Source: an uncultured Methylophaga sp. (GTDB lineage: Bacteria; Pseudomonadota; Gammaproteobacteria; Nitrosococcales; Methylophagaceae). From it: 64,000 nucleotides of DNA. The translations under genes were made by a program, and so were the position numbers. The stretch spans positions 23,945-87,944 of the forward strand of contig NZ_CAMYKO010000007.1 of NCBI RefSeq assembly GCF_947259025.1, given 5' to 3'. The notes beneath the pieces were generated by a model. That model ran no database searches. It worked only from the letters and a program-made list of their open reading frames with translations, and was not told the DNA's origin. Shown in pieces: positions 9,855 through 18,008 of the stretch. Positions within the stretch are counted from its first letter, which is position 1, and the number at the start of each line of letters is the position of its first letter.

Positions 9855-10133
9855 ATGCTGGAAAAACATGCCGTGATTGCGACCGATGAAGCCGCGCGTT
9901 TCGCACGTATGCTCTGCAAGCATTTCGCCCACAAAGTCAAAGCTGACTGGGATGAACAACGTGGCTGGGTAGAGTTTGCTATGGGCCGTTGCGATATGCA
10001 GGCCAGAGAAAAAGATTTACAGGTTCGCTGTCAGGCAGCCAATCAATCAGAGCTGGAAGAAGTGGCCGATACTATCAAATCACACTTTGATCGCTTTACT
10101 CAGCCGCAGGGGCTGGTTTTGGAATGGAGGTGA
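9855..10133 (+). CDS. DUF2218 family protein
   Basis: T..AARFARMLCKHFAHK and HFDRF motifs. Confidence 0.8.
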   Translation: MLEKHAVIATDEAARFARMLCKHFAHKVKADWDEQRGWVEFAMGRCDMQAREKDLQVRCQAANQSELEEVADTIKSHFDRFTQPQGLVLEWR

Positions 10134-10253
10134 GGAATGATCTTTGTAATGCTTTATCTATCCTCCTTATGGCTATATATATTCAGTCTAGACTAACAGC
10201 GAGAAGAAGATTGATCTCGCTGATGTCTGTGGAGTAGATGTCAACCGATGACT

Positions 10254-10658
10254 TCAGCGAGTCAACGAATCCTCATCCTGATCTTTGGGATTCATAAAAT
10301 CCGATCTTGGGTTGGTATCCGGCCCGTCCAGCAGGGCGCCTGCACGTTCGGGCAAGACTCGTTGTTCGGATAAATCACCCAGTTGTTCGTAGCCGACTGA
10401 CAGGTGATCAAATAACTCTTTGTATGAGCCTGCCATTTCCTTAAACAGGTTAGCGGTCTTGTTGTAATGCTGGTGTACCTGTTCCTGATAGGCCTCCAGC
10501 TCCAGTTGTTTCTGGGCCAGCTCCTGTTCATGTAGTTCTTCCACTTCTTTCAGTTGGGCAGTGCCACCTGGTGCCTGACGGCGGCCCAGGGCAAAACCGA
10601 TCAGGGCAGCGAAGATAATTCCTAGTACAAAAAGGGTCCAGATAGTAGCTGAAGTCAT
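10254..10658 (-). CDS. zapG: YhcB/ZapG (DUF1043) membrane protein
   Basis: N-terminal TM, coiled coil, HYNKTANLFKEMAGSYKELFDHLS. Confidence 0.75.
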   Translation of the reverse strand: MTSATIWTLFVLGIIFAALIGFALGRRQAPGGTAQLKEVEELHEQELAQKQLELEAYQEQVHQHYNKTANLFKEMAGSYKELFDHLSVGYEQLGDLSEQRVLPERAGALLDGPDTNPRSDFMNPKDQDEDSLTR

Positions 10659-10837
10659 GACGCATTCCGTTGTTGATATAGGTGTAGTCTAGCTAGGGTT
10701 GTAGTTGATGACAATGCGTATCTGTCGGTGTTCCGGCCCTTATGTTGTTCACACATTGGCAGCCGGAGTAAATAACAAATTGAGTCTGTCTATGAGTATC
10801 GTAGAATGTTCTGTGTTCTGACTCAAAGGAAAACATC

Positions 10838-11086
10838 ATGATAGATACCAAGAAAATCGAGGAAGTCGTCCAAAGCATCACTAATGCGCTGCCACCCGGT
10901 CTGGTGCAGATGCAGGAAGATGCGGAGAAGAATATTCGTGCGGCATTAACGTCCACTTTCAACAAGCTGGATTTGGTGACCCGCGAAGAGTTTGATGTAC
11001 AGACCCAGGTGCTGCACCGCACTCGTGAGAAGCTGGAAGCGCTGGAAAAGCGGGTGGCGGAACTGGAGCAGTCGTCCCGGGAATAA
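10838..11086 (+). CDS. ubiK: Ubiquinone biosynthesis accessory factor UbiK
   Basis: KLDLVTREEFDVQTQVLHRTREKLEALEKRVAELE. Confidence 0.9.
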   Translation: MIDTKKIEEVVQSITNALPPGLVQMQEDAEKNIRAALTSTFNKLDLVTREEFDVQTQVLHRTREKLEALEKRVAELEQSSRE

Positions 11087-11114
11087 CCCACAAAAACGAT
11101 AATTCGGAGAGACT

Positions 11115-11867
11115 ATGAGACGAGGATGTAAAACGGTATCAGCAGCGCTGCTGATGCTGTTGCCAATGATGCCTGCTGTTCACGCTGAGTCAGTAAAAGA
11201 CATGACAGAAACAGCCAGCAAACCCAAGCTGGAGCGACTGAAAGGTTTCTGGGTAGAAAAATACGGCCACGGTGTGCTGGCCATTGACGGTGACCTGGCC
11301 ACCTTGTCTCCCAAGGGCGATCTGAACCTCGACAATCTCTACAATGTTGAGCTTAATGGCGACGAACTGACTTTGACACCGGCTGATGGCAGCAAGAAGT
11401 TCAACAAACCCATGACCACGACGGTTGATTGGGAAGAAGAAACCTTCAGCCTTAAAAGAGGCCGCTATCAGTTTGTGCCAGCCCCCAATATCAAGGCTTC
11501 TGAGCTGGATGGTTATTGGTATGAAGAAACCAAGACCCGCGGAACGCTGGAAGTGCGCGCCATGGAGTATAAAAATAATGCGTCCAGCTATGACTTTCAC
11601 TGGTGGGAAGTGAACCCGGCCTATGGCAGTTACCAGAAAGGACTGGATGAAGATGTGCCGATGCAGATCACCAATGGTTTTGTGTTCAGTAACCCCAAAG
11701 CAGGGGATGACTATCTGCACTATGCGATCAAGCGGGAAGGTGACACGATTTATTATGTCGACACCAACGGCGCCCAGTGGTCAGAGACCAAAACCGAGAC
11801 ATTAAGGAAATATCAGCCGCCCAAAGGTTATAAAGAGCTCAAAGGCTGGATGACAGGCGAGCAATAG
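11115..11867 (+). CDS. Secreted hypothetical protein
   Basis: GGAG RBS, signal peptide ending VHA, aromatic and beta-strand-rich mature region. Confidence 0.65.
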   Translation: MRRGCKTVSAALLMLLPMMPAVHAESVKDMTETASKPKLERLKGFWVEKYGHGVLAIDGDLATLSPKGDLNLDNLYNVELNGDELTLTPADGSKKFNKPMTTTVDWEEETFSLKRGRYQFVPAPNIKASELDGYWYEETKTRGTLEVRAMEYKNNASSYDFHWWEVNPAYGSYQKGLDEDVPMQITNGFVFSNPKAGDDYLHYAIKREGDTIYYVDTNGAQWSETKTETLRKYQPPKGYKELKGWMTGEQ

Positions 11868-11906
11868 CAAGATATATTGCTGCCGACTTCAAGCTGAGAG
11901 AAAACC

Positions 11907-12221
11907 ATGTCTGAATTTACTAATGTCACGGTCACCCGTGAAGCCAATGTCTATTTTGATGGCAAAGTCAGTAGCCGTAAGGTGACGTTTGCTGATGGCA
12001 GTTATAAAACCCTGGGCTTGATGATGCCCGGTGATTATACCTTTGGCACTGAGAAAGCCGAGCTGATGGAAATCATGGCGGGTGAGTTGAGTTACCGGCT
12101 GAAAGACACCACCGAGTGGCATCAGATTAAGGCCGGTGAGTCGTTTAATATTCCGGCCAGTTCGTCCTTCGATATCAAAATTAGCGAGTTGGTTGATTAC
12201 TGCTGCACTTACCTTGACTAA
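11907..12221 (+). CDS. ppnP: Pyrimidine/purine nucleoside phosphorylase (DUF1255)
   Basis: ANVYFDGKVSSR, KTLGLMMPGDYTFGT, DYCCTYL. Confidence 0.92.
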   Translation: MSEFTNVTVTREANVYFDGKVSSRKVTFADGSYKTLGLMMPGDYTFGTEKAELMEIMAGELSYRLKDTTEWHQIKAGESFNIPASSSFDIKISELVDYCCTYLD

Positions 12222-12234
12222 AGTTCTTTTATCT

Positions 12235-12263
12235 AAAAAAAGGCGCCTTAGGGCGCCTTTTTT
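12235..12263. terminator. Bidirectional terminator
   Basis: AAAAAAAGGCGCC-TTAG-GGCGCCTTTTTT between convergent genes. Confidence 0.9.
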
Positions 12264-12278
12264 ATGCTTGGTGTAAAT

Positions 12279-12911
12279 CTACAGATCGTCACTGTTGGTG
12301 TAACCCTCGCGGATCTCGATTTCAGTGCCTTTGGGGTGCTTTTCCAGAATCATGCTGTTGTTGCCGATCGACAGCTTCATGCTGCTATCGGTGACATCCG
12401 ATACGGCGTAGGGGGTCTGGTCCAGCAGTAGCTTGTTACCGGTCAGTCGGGTGATGCTGTCATCCGGCTGGGCATCGTAGCTCAGGTCTTCACTGTAGTA
12501 GGTGATAAGCCGCGAGCGTGTTTCCATGCCTTTGTCGCTCTGTGTAAAGGTCAAAGCAAAACTAAACTCACCCTGGTGACCAATCCAGGTCGAGTCGGCC
12601 AGCATGGTGTAGTCCACGCCGCGCTTGAGCGTGACAGCACCCATTTTCAGATCACCGTTTTCCATCACAGTCAGCGTTTCAGCGGGCAGGGCCTGATCTG
12701 AACTCAGATCGAGCGTGCTTTCACCCGCATCATACTGGTAGCGTGCTTCGGTAACTTCATCCTGATTGACGATTAGGAGCCTGTTGTCGGGCAGAAACTC
12801 ATAGCTTGTGGTGCCATCCGGGGCAATATAGCGGCCCTGGAAGGTGTCATTGCCACAGGCAGTCAGCAGCAAAGGCATCATAAGTGCAAAAATGAAGGTG
12901 AATCTTTTCAT
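12279..12911 (-). CDS. Hypothetical lipoprotein
   Basis: MKRFTFIFALMMPLLLTAC lipobox; beta-rich mature part. Confidence 0.7.
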   Translation of the reverse strand: MKRFTFIFALMMPLLLTACGNDTFQGRYIAPDGTTSYEFLPDNRLLIVNQDEVTEARYQYDAGESTLDLSSDQALPAETLTVMENGDLKMGAVTLKRGVDYTMLADSTWIGHQGEFSFALTFTQSDKGMETRSRLITYYSEDLSYDAQPDDSITRLTGNKLLLDQTPYAVSDVTDSSMKLSIGNNSMILEKHPKGTEIEIREGYTNSDDL

Positions 12912-12999
12912 TGAGACAGTTTTCCTCATTGGAACAAATCAGCGTGAGGGAACAATACAATAAATGCCTGTTTCTTGCATCGACGCGAACAGCAGACAC

Positions 13000-13025
13000 A
13001 AAAAAGGCGCCGTTTGGCGCCTTTT
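13000..13025 (-). terminator. Terminator after the DUF481 gene
   Basis: AAAAAAGGCGCC-GTTT-GGCGCCTTTT. Confidence 0.8.
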
Positions 13026-13037
13026 CCGATGCATTGC

Positions 13038-14198
13038 TTAGTCCCAGTCGTAAACCAGATTCATCTGGTAACTGGTATCAGTTTTTTCAGCCTCTGGTGC
13101 CGGCATGCTGTTGTATTGACTGCGGACACTGGCTCGCAGTTTCCAGTTTTCCTGTGCCAGCGGCATTTCGCCACCGAAGTTGGTGACTACCAGGTAGTTT
13201 TTACCCGGACTGCTGAATGACGGATAGTAGGTAAAGTCATGGAACAGTTTGAGGTGACTGTTCATCCGGTAGTCAACGGCGTAGCCCAGAACGCCGGTCG
13301 GATCTTTTTCCGTGGTGCCGTCGCTGTAGCCTTCGTAACGGTAACCCACACCGGCGAAGCCTTTGAACTTGAGGTCTTCTTCACGGATAAAGAAGCGACC
13401 CAAACTGGCGGTGGCGATGGCACGCAAATCCAGTTCTTCAAAATCATCGATTTCAAAGTCAGCGGTACCGCGGGCAAACCACATACGGGTGATGTCACGC
13501 TCCAGTGAGATACCGGCCAGTTTTTCATTAACAGTTTGCTCACCGTCTTCTTTCTGGTAATTGACTTCCAGGTACATGGCCATGCGTTCGTTATCGGTTT
13601 CACGACGCAGATCACCACGGCCGCGGGCACCGAAGCGCTTGGTGTTGCCACTGGCGCCGGTCACACCAAATGCCAGGCTGCCGCTCCATGGGTCACGGAG
13701 CTTGTCGCGCTCCTGTTGCAGCGTATTGATGGCCTGTTCGTATGATTCTTTCAGTTCGGCGACTTCCTGATCCTTGGAGGTTTTGATGTCTTGAATTTCC
13801 TGTTCGTATTCTTCCTTGACCATGGTCACCTGTGGCTTGGCGGCATCGGTTGCCCAGATGCTACGGATGTTGGCCGGGTTGACATCCACTGTACCAAAAG
13901 CGGTCTGGGTCAGCTTGTGCTGGCCGTTGTTGTCAACGGTGAGTTGACCCACAATGCGGTCACGACTGTTGAGTTCAAACATGAACTTTTTGTCGGTAGA
14001 AAGTTGCTTGACGCGGCTGAAGTCGAGAGTGACATCGTCGGCGAATGCGGTGTTTATAACCAGCTCGCCATCGGCCACCTGCTTGATGCTGCCTTTAAGC
14101 AGGCTGCCGTCTTCCAGCACGACCTGGTCAGCCAGCACAGGTGTGGCTAGGGTGCTTGATATCAGAAAGAAAAGCGTCCTCAAGCTGGGCTTATTCAT
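13038..14198 (-). CDS. DUF481 (YdiY-like) outer-membrane beta-barrel protein
   Basis: Signal peptide, DQVVLEDGSLLKG, PWSGSLAFGVTGASGNT, terminal LVYDW. Confidence 0.75.
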   Translation of the reverse strand: MNKPSLRTLFFLISSTLATPVLADQVVLEDGSLLKGSIKQVADGELVINTAFADDVTLDFSRVKQLSTDKKFMFELNSRDRIVGQLTVDNNGQHKLTQTAFGTVDVNPANIRSIWATDAAKPQVTMVKEEYEQEIQDIKTSKDQEVAELKESYEQAINTLQQERDKLRDPWSGSLAFGVTGASGNTKRFGARGRGDLRRETDNERMAMYLEVNYQKEDGEQTVNEKLAGISLERDITRMWFARGTADFEIDDFEELDLRAIATASLGRFFIREEDLKFKGFAGVGYRYEGYSDGTTEKDPTGVLGYAVDYRMNSHLKLFHDFTYYPSFSSPGKNYLVVTNFGGEMPLAQENWKLRASVRSQYNSMPAPEAEKTDTSYQMNLVYDWD

Positions 14199-14371
14199 GG
14201 TATCTCCATTTGATTGGTATTAGTTGTGCGCGACACAAACTAACACATGTGCGTCTCAACTCAAAAGCGACTGGCAGACATAATCCTCATCAAAATAGTT
14301 AGGAGTCCCTCACTTCATCCGCTATTTTGATTCTGTTACAGTCCATCCATCGAGACCTCCAAGGATGGAAT

Positions 14372-15877
14372 ATGACGATTGCAACCGTTTTCAGTCGGGC
14401 GATGACCGGCGTTAAGGCTCAGGCTGTAACAGTGGAAGTGCATCTCTCCAATGGACTGCCCAGCCTGTCGATTGTTGGCATGGCAGAAACCGCGGTTAAG
14501 GAGAGCAAGGACCGGGTGCGTTCTGCCATTCTTAATTCGCAGCTCAATTTTCCGCAGCAACGAATCACCATTAATCTCGCGCCAGCTGATTTACCCAAAG
14601 AAGGCGGGCGTTTTGACTTGCCTATCGCTCTCGGAATTCTGGCAGCATCAGGTCAAATTCCCGTGAAGGTGCTGGCGGATAAAGAGTTTATCGGTGAGCT
14701 GGGGCTGACCGGCGAATGCCGCCCGGTGCGTGGTGTGTTGCCCACCGCGCTGGCAGCAGCCAAAGCCGCTCGCAGCCTATTATTACCGGCAGACAATGCC
14801 GATGAAGCCAGTTTGATAGAACAATGTGAAAGTTATGCCGGACATAGCTTGCTGGAGATCTGTGCCCACCTGCACGGTCAGCAGCCGCTGAAAATCAACC
14901 GCGGGGCTTCGGTACAGTCTGAGCCGGATTACCCTGATTTGATTGATGTTCGCGGGCAGGGCCATGCCAGACGCGCGCTGGAAATTGCCGCGGCGGGCAA
15001 TCACAGCCTGCTGTTTTCAGGTCCGCCCGGCACGGGTAAAACCATGTTGGCCAGCCGTCTGCCGGGCATATTAAGTCAAATGTCGGAGCAGGAAGCCGTG
15101 GAAACGGCCACCATCCACTCCATCGCGGCTAACGGTTTCAATATCGGCCAGTGGCAGCAACGTCCTTTTCGGGCACCGCATCATACTGCTTCGGCGGTGG
15201 CGCTGGTCGGTGGTGGCAGTCATCCCCGGCCGGGAGAGATTTCACTTGCGCATCATGGGGTGCTTTTCCTGGATGAATTGCCCGAATTCGACCGTCGTGT
15301 CTTAGAGGTACTGCGTGAGCCGATAGAATCTGGCAAGATCACGGTTTCGCGCGCGGCCAATCAGGCAGAATTTCCAGCCCGCTTTCAGTTGGTGGCGGCG
15401 ATGAATCCCTGCCCCTGCGGCTATCTGGGCGAGTCCCGCTGCCATTGTACTGAGGACCAGGTTCGGCGTTACCGGGCCAAGGTGTCGGGGCCTTTGCTGG
15501 ATCGGATCGATATGCTGGTGGATGTACCGGTGGTGGATAAAACCCTGCTGCGCAGCCGGGCCGAAGATCCCACGGCGGAGATGTCCGAGCAGGTCAGAGC
15601 CCGCGTCAGCCGGGCCAGGCACCGGCAGCTGGAACGGCAGGGCAAAGCGAACAACGTGTTAGAACAGAAAGAAATAGAGGTTTATTGTCCCTTGAAAGAC
15701 AGCGATTATCAGTTAGTGGAAAAGGCGATCACCCGTCTGGGTTTGTCGGCCCGGGCTTACCACCGCATTCTCAAAGTCGCCCGTACCATTGCCGATTTGG
15801 CCGGCAGCCGTGATATCAACACTGAACATCTCAGTGAAGCGATTGGCTATCGTCGTCTGGAAGCGGCTGGACTGTGA
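14372..15877 (+). CDS. comM: YifB/ComM Mg-chelatase-like AAA+ ATPase
   Basis: GPPGTGKTML, GEISLAHHGVLFLDELPEF, SGPLLDRID. Confidence 0.93.
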   Translation: MTIATVFSRAMTGVKAQAVTVEVHLSNGLPSLSIVGMAETAVKESKDRVRSAILNSQLNFPQQRITINLAPADLPKEGGRFDLPIALGILAASGQIPVKVLADKEFIGELGLTGECRPVRGVLPTALAAAKAARSLLLPADNADEASLIEQCESYAGHSLLEICAHLHGQQPLKINRGASVQSEPDYPDLIDVRGQGHARRALEIAAAGNHSLLFSGPPGTGKTMLASRLPGILSQMSEQEAVETATIHSIAANGFNIGQWQQRPFRAPHHTASAVALVGGGSHPRPGEISLAHHGVLFLDELPEFDRRVLEVLREPIESGKITVSRAANQAEFPARFQLVAAMNPCPCGYLGESRCHCTEDQVRRYRAKVSGPLLDRIDMLVDVPVVDKTLLRSRAEDPTAEMSEQVRARVSRARHRQLERQGKANNVLEQKEIEVYCPLKDSDYQLVEKAITRLGLSARAYHRILKVARTIADLAGSRDINTEHLSEAIGYRRLEAAGL

Positions 15878-17898
15878 ATGATCTGAATCCAGAGCAGCGG
15901 GAAGCTGCCCGTTACATCGAAGGACCGCTACTTGTTCTGGCCGGAGCCGGCAGCGGTAAAACCCGGGTGATCACCCGCAAGATCGCCTATCTGATAGAGC
16001 AATGCGGCATTAACGCCCGCAATATTGCCGCCGTCACCTTCACCAATAAAGCGGCGCGTGAAATGAAGGAGCGGGTGGCCCAGTTGATGGCTGACCGGAA
16101 AGATGTGTCTGCACGTGGTCTGATGGTGTCGACCTTTCACACGCTGGGGCTGAATATTCTGCGGCGTGAATACAAAACGCTGGGTTATCGCAGCGGTTTT
16201 TCCATTTTTGATGCCCAGGACAGCCTGTCAGTGCTGCGCGATATCATGGGCCGTGACTTCGCTGCTGATAGTGAACACGCTGAAAAAGTGCAATGGCATA
16301 TTTCCGAATGGAAAAACCAGCTGATCCTGCCTGAACAGGCCATGCAGATCGCCGAACCCGGCACGCCGCAGTCAGCGGCCAAGGTGTATCCGCTTTATGT
16401 GCAGGCACTGAAGGCCTATAACGCGGTCGACTTTGATGATTTGATCCTGCAACCGGTATTGCTGTTTCGCAATCACCGGGAAGTGCTGCAGAAATGGCAG
16501 GCCCGCATTCATTACCTGCTGGTGGATGAGTACCAGGACACCAATGGCTGCCAGTATGAGCTGGTTAAGCAACTGGTCGGCATCCGTGAAGCGTTGACGG
16601 TGGTGGGGGATGATGACCAGTCGGTGTATTCCTGGCGTGGTGCCCGGCCGGAAAACCTGGCGCAGCTGCAGACCGACTTTCCACGTTTGAAACTGATCAA
16701 ACTGGAACAGAACTATCGTTCGATGGGCCGTATCCTGCGTGTCGCTAACCAGTTAATCAGCAACAACCCGCACGTGTTCGAGAAACAGCTATGGAGCGCC
16801 ATGGGCGAGGGCGATCCAATCCGGGTTATTGGTTGTCGTGATGATGATCATGAGTCGGAAAAAGTCGTGTCCGAGCTGCTTTATCACAAGCTCAAACACC
16901 AGGCCAGCTTCAAAGACTACGCCATTCTTTACCGCAGTAACCACCAGTCGCGGCCGATTGAGAAAGTGCTGCGCGAGCATAATGTGCCGTATTTCCTGAC
17001 CGGCGGCACCTCGTTCTTCTCGCGGGTGGAAATTAAGGACATCATGGCTTACCTGCGTCTACTGGCAAACCAGGATGATGACAATGCTTTCCTGCGCGTC
17101 ATTAACACGCCCCGGCGTGGCATTGGCTCCAGCACCCTGCAGCGGCTAGGCGATTATGCCGGTGAACGTAATACCAGCCTGTTTGGGGCCTGTTTTGAAA
17201 TGGGGCTGGCTGAGCAGCTACCCGAAAAAGCCGTGGCGAATCTCAGTCATTTTGCTCACTGGCTGGTGGATATTGCCGACCGTGCCAAGCGGGGCGATTT
17301 GATGAGCGCGATCCGCGATATGATCGAAGAGATCGAGTATCGCGGCTGGCTGGAAGAAGTGAGCGGCGACCCCAACAAAGCCGAAAGGCGTATGGAAAAC
17401 GTCGAGGAGTTGCTGAGCTGGATAGATCGCATCCTAGAGCAGGATACCGAGCAGAAAGATATCGGTGATATTGCCGCAAGACTGACGCTGATGGATATTC
17501 TGGACAGGCAGGAAGATGAAAACCAGGCCGATGCGGTCCACCTGATGACCCTGCACGCGGCCAAAGGGCTGGAGTTTCCTCATGTGTTCATGATCGGCAT
17601 GGAAGAGGAAATTTTGCCGCACCGCACCAGTATCGAGGAAGATTCTATCGAAGAGGAGCGTAGGCTCTGCTATGTCGGCATCACCCGCGCCCAGCGCAGC
17701 CTGGTGATGACGCTGGCTAACAGCCGCAAGCGTTATGGCGAGAAGATGGAATGTGAAGAAAGCCGCTTTTTGCGTGAACTGCCCTCCGATCACCTGATCT
17801 GGATGTCGGAAAAGACCCAGGCTGATCCGGAGGAGCGCAAAGCCCGTAAAGATGCGCATATGTCTAACATCCGGGCCATGTTAAAGCCTGAAGCCTAG
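15874..17898 (+). CDS. rep: ATP-dependent DNA helicase Rep
   Basis: LAGAGSGKT, VDEYQDTN, LEQNYRS, HAAKGLEF, EEERRLCYVGITRA. Confidence 0.93.
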   Translation: MNDLNPEQREAARYIEGPLLVLAGAGSGKTRVITRKIAYLIEQCGINARNIAAVTFTNKAAREMKERVAQLMADRKDVSARGLMVSTFHTLGLNILRREYKTLGYRSGFSIFDAQDSLSVLRDIMGRDFAADSEHAEKVQWHISEWKNQLILPEQAMQIAEPGTPQSAAKVYPLYVQALKAYNAVDFDDLILQPVLLFRNHREVLQKWQARIHYLLVDEYQDTNGCQYELVKQLVGIREALTVVGDDDQSVYSWRGARPENLAQLQTDFPRLKLIKLEQNYRSMGRILRVANQLISNNPHVFEKQLWSAMGEGDPIRVIGCRDDDHESEKVVSELLYHKLKHQASFKDYAILYRSNHQSRPIEKVLREHNVPYFLTGGTSFFSRVEIKDIMAYLRLLANQDDDNAFLRVINTPRRGIGSSTLQRLGDYAGERNTSLFGACFEMGLAEQLPEKAVANLSHFAHWLVDIADRAKRGDLMSAIRDMIEEIEYRGWLEEVSGDPNKAERRMENVEELLSWIDRILEQDTEQKDIGDIAARLTLMDILDRQEDENQADAVHLMTLHAAKGLEFPHVFMIGMEEEILPHRTSIEEDSIEEERRLCYVGITRAQRSLVMTLANSRKRYGEKMECEESRFLRELPSDHLIWMSEKTQADPEERKARKDAHMSNIRAMLKPEA

Positions 17899-17939
17899 TG
17901 TGATATGCCGCATCAGTGGGGCAAATCACACAATTTTTT
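17898..17939 (+). terminator. Probable terminator after rep
   Basis: GTGTGAT-A-TGCC...GGCA-A-ATCACAC hairpin followed by a T run. Confidence 0.5.
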
Positions 17940-18008
17940 ACCTGACTGTTTCATTACAATCCTGAGCTGATTTTAATAGGCCATGGACAGGCACAACGAG
18001 GGATAACG

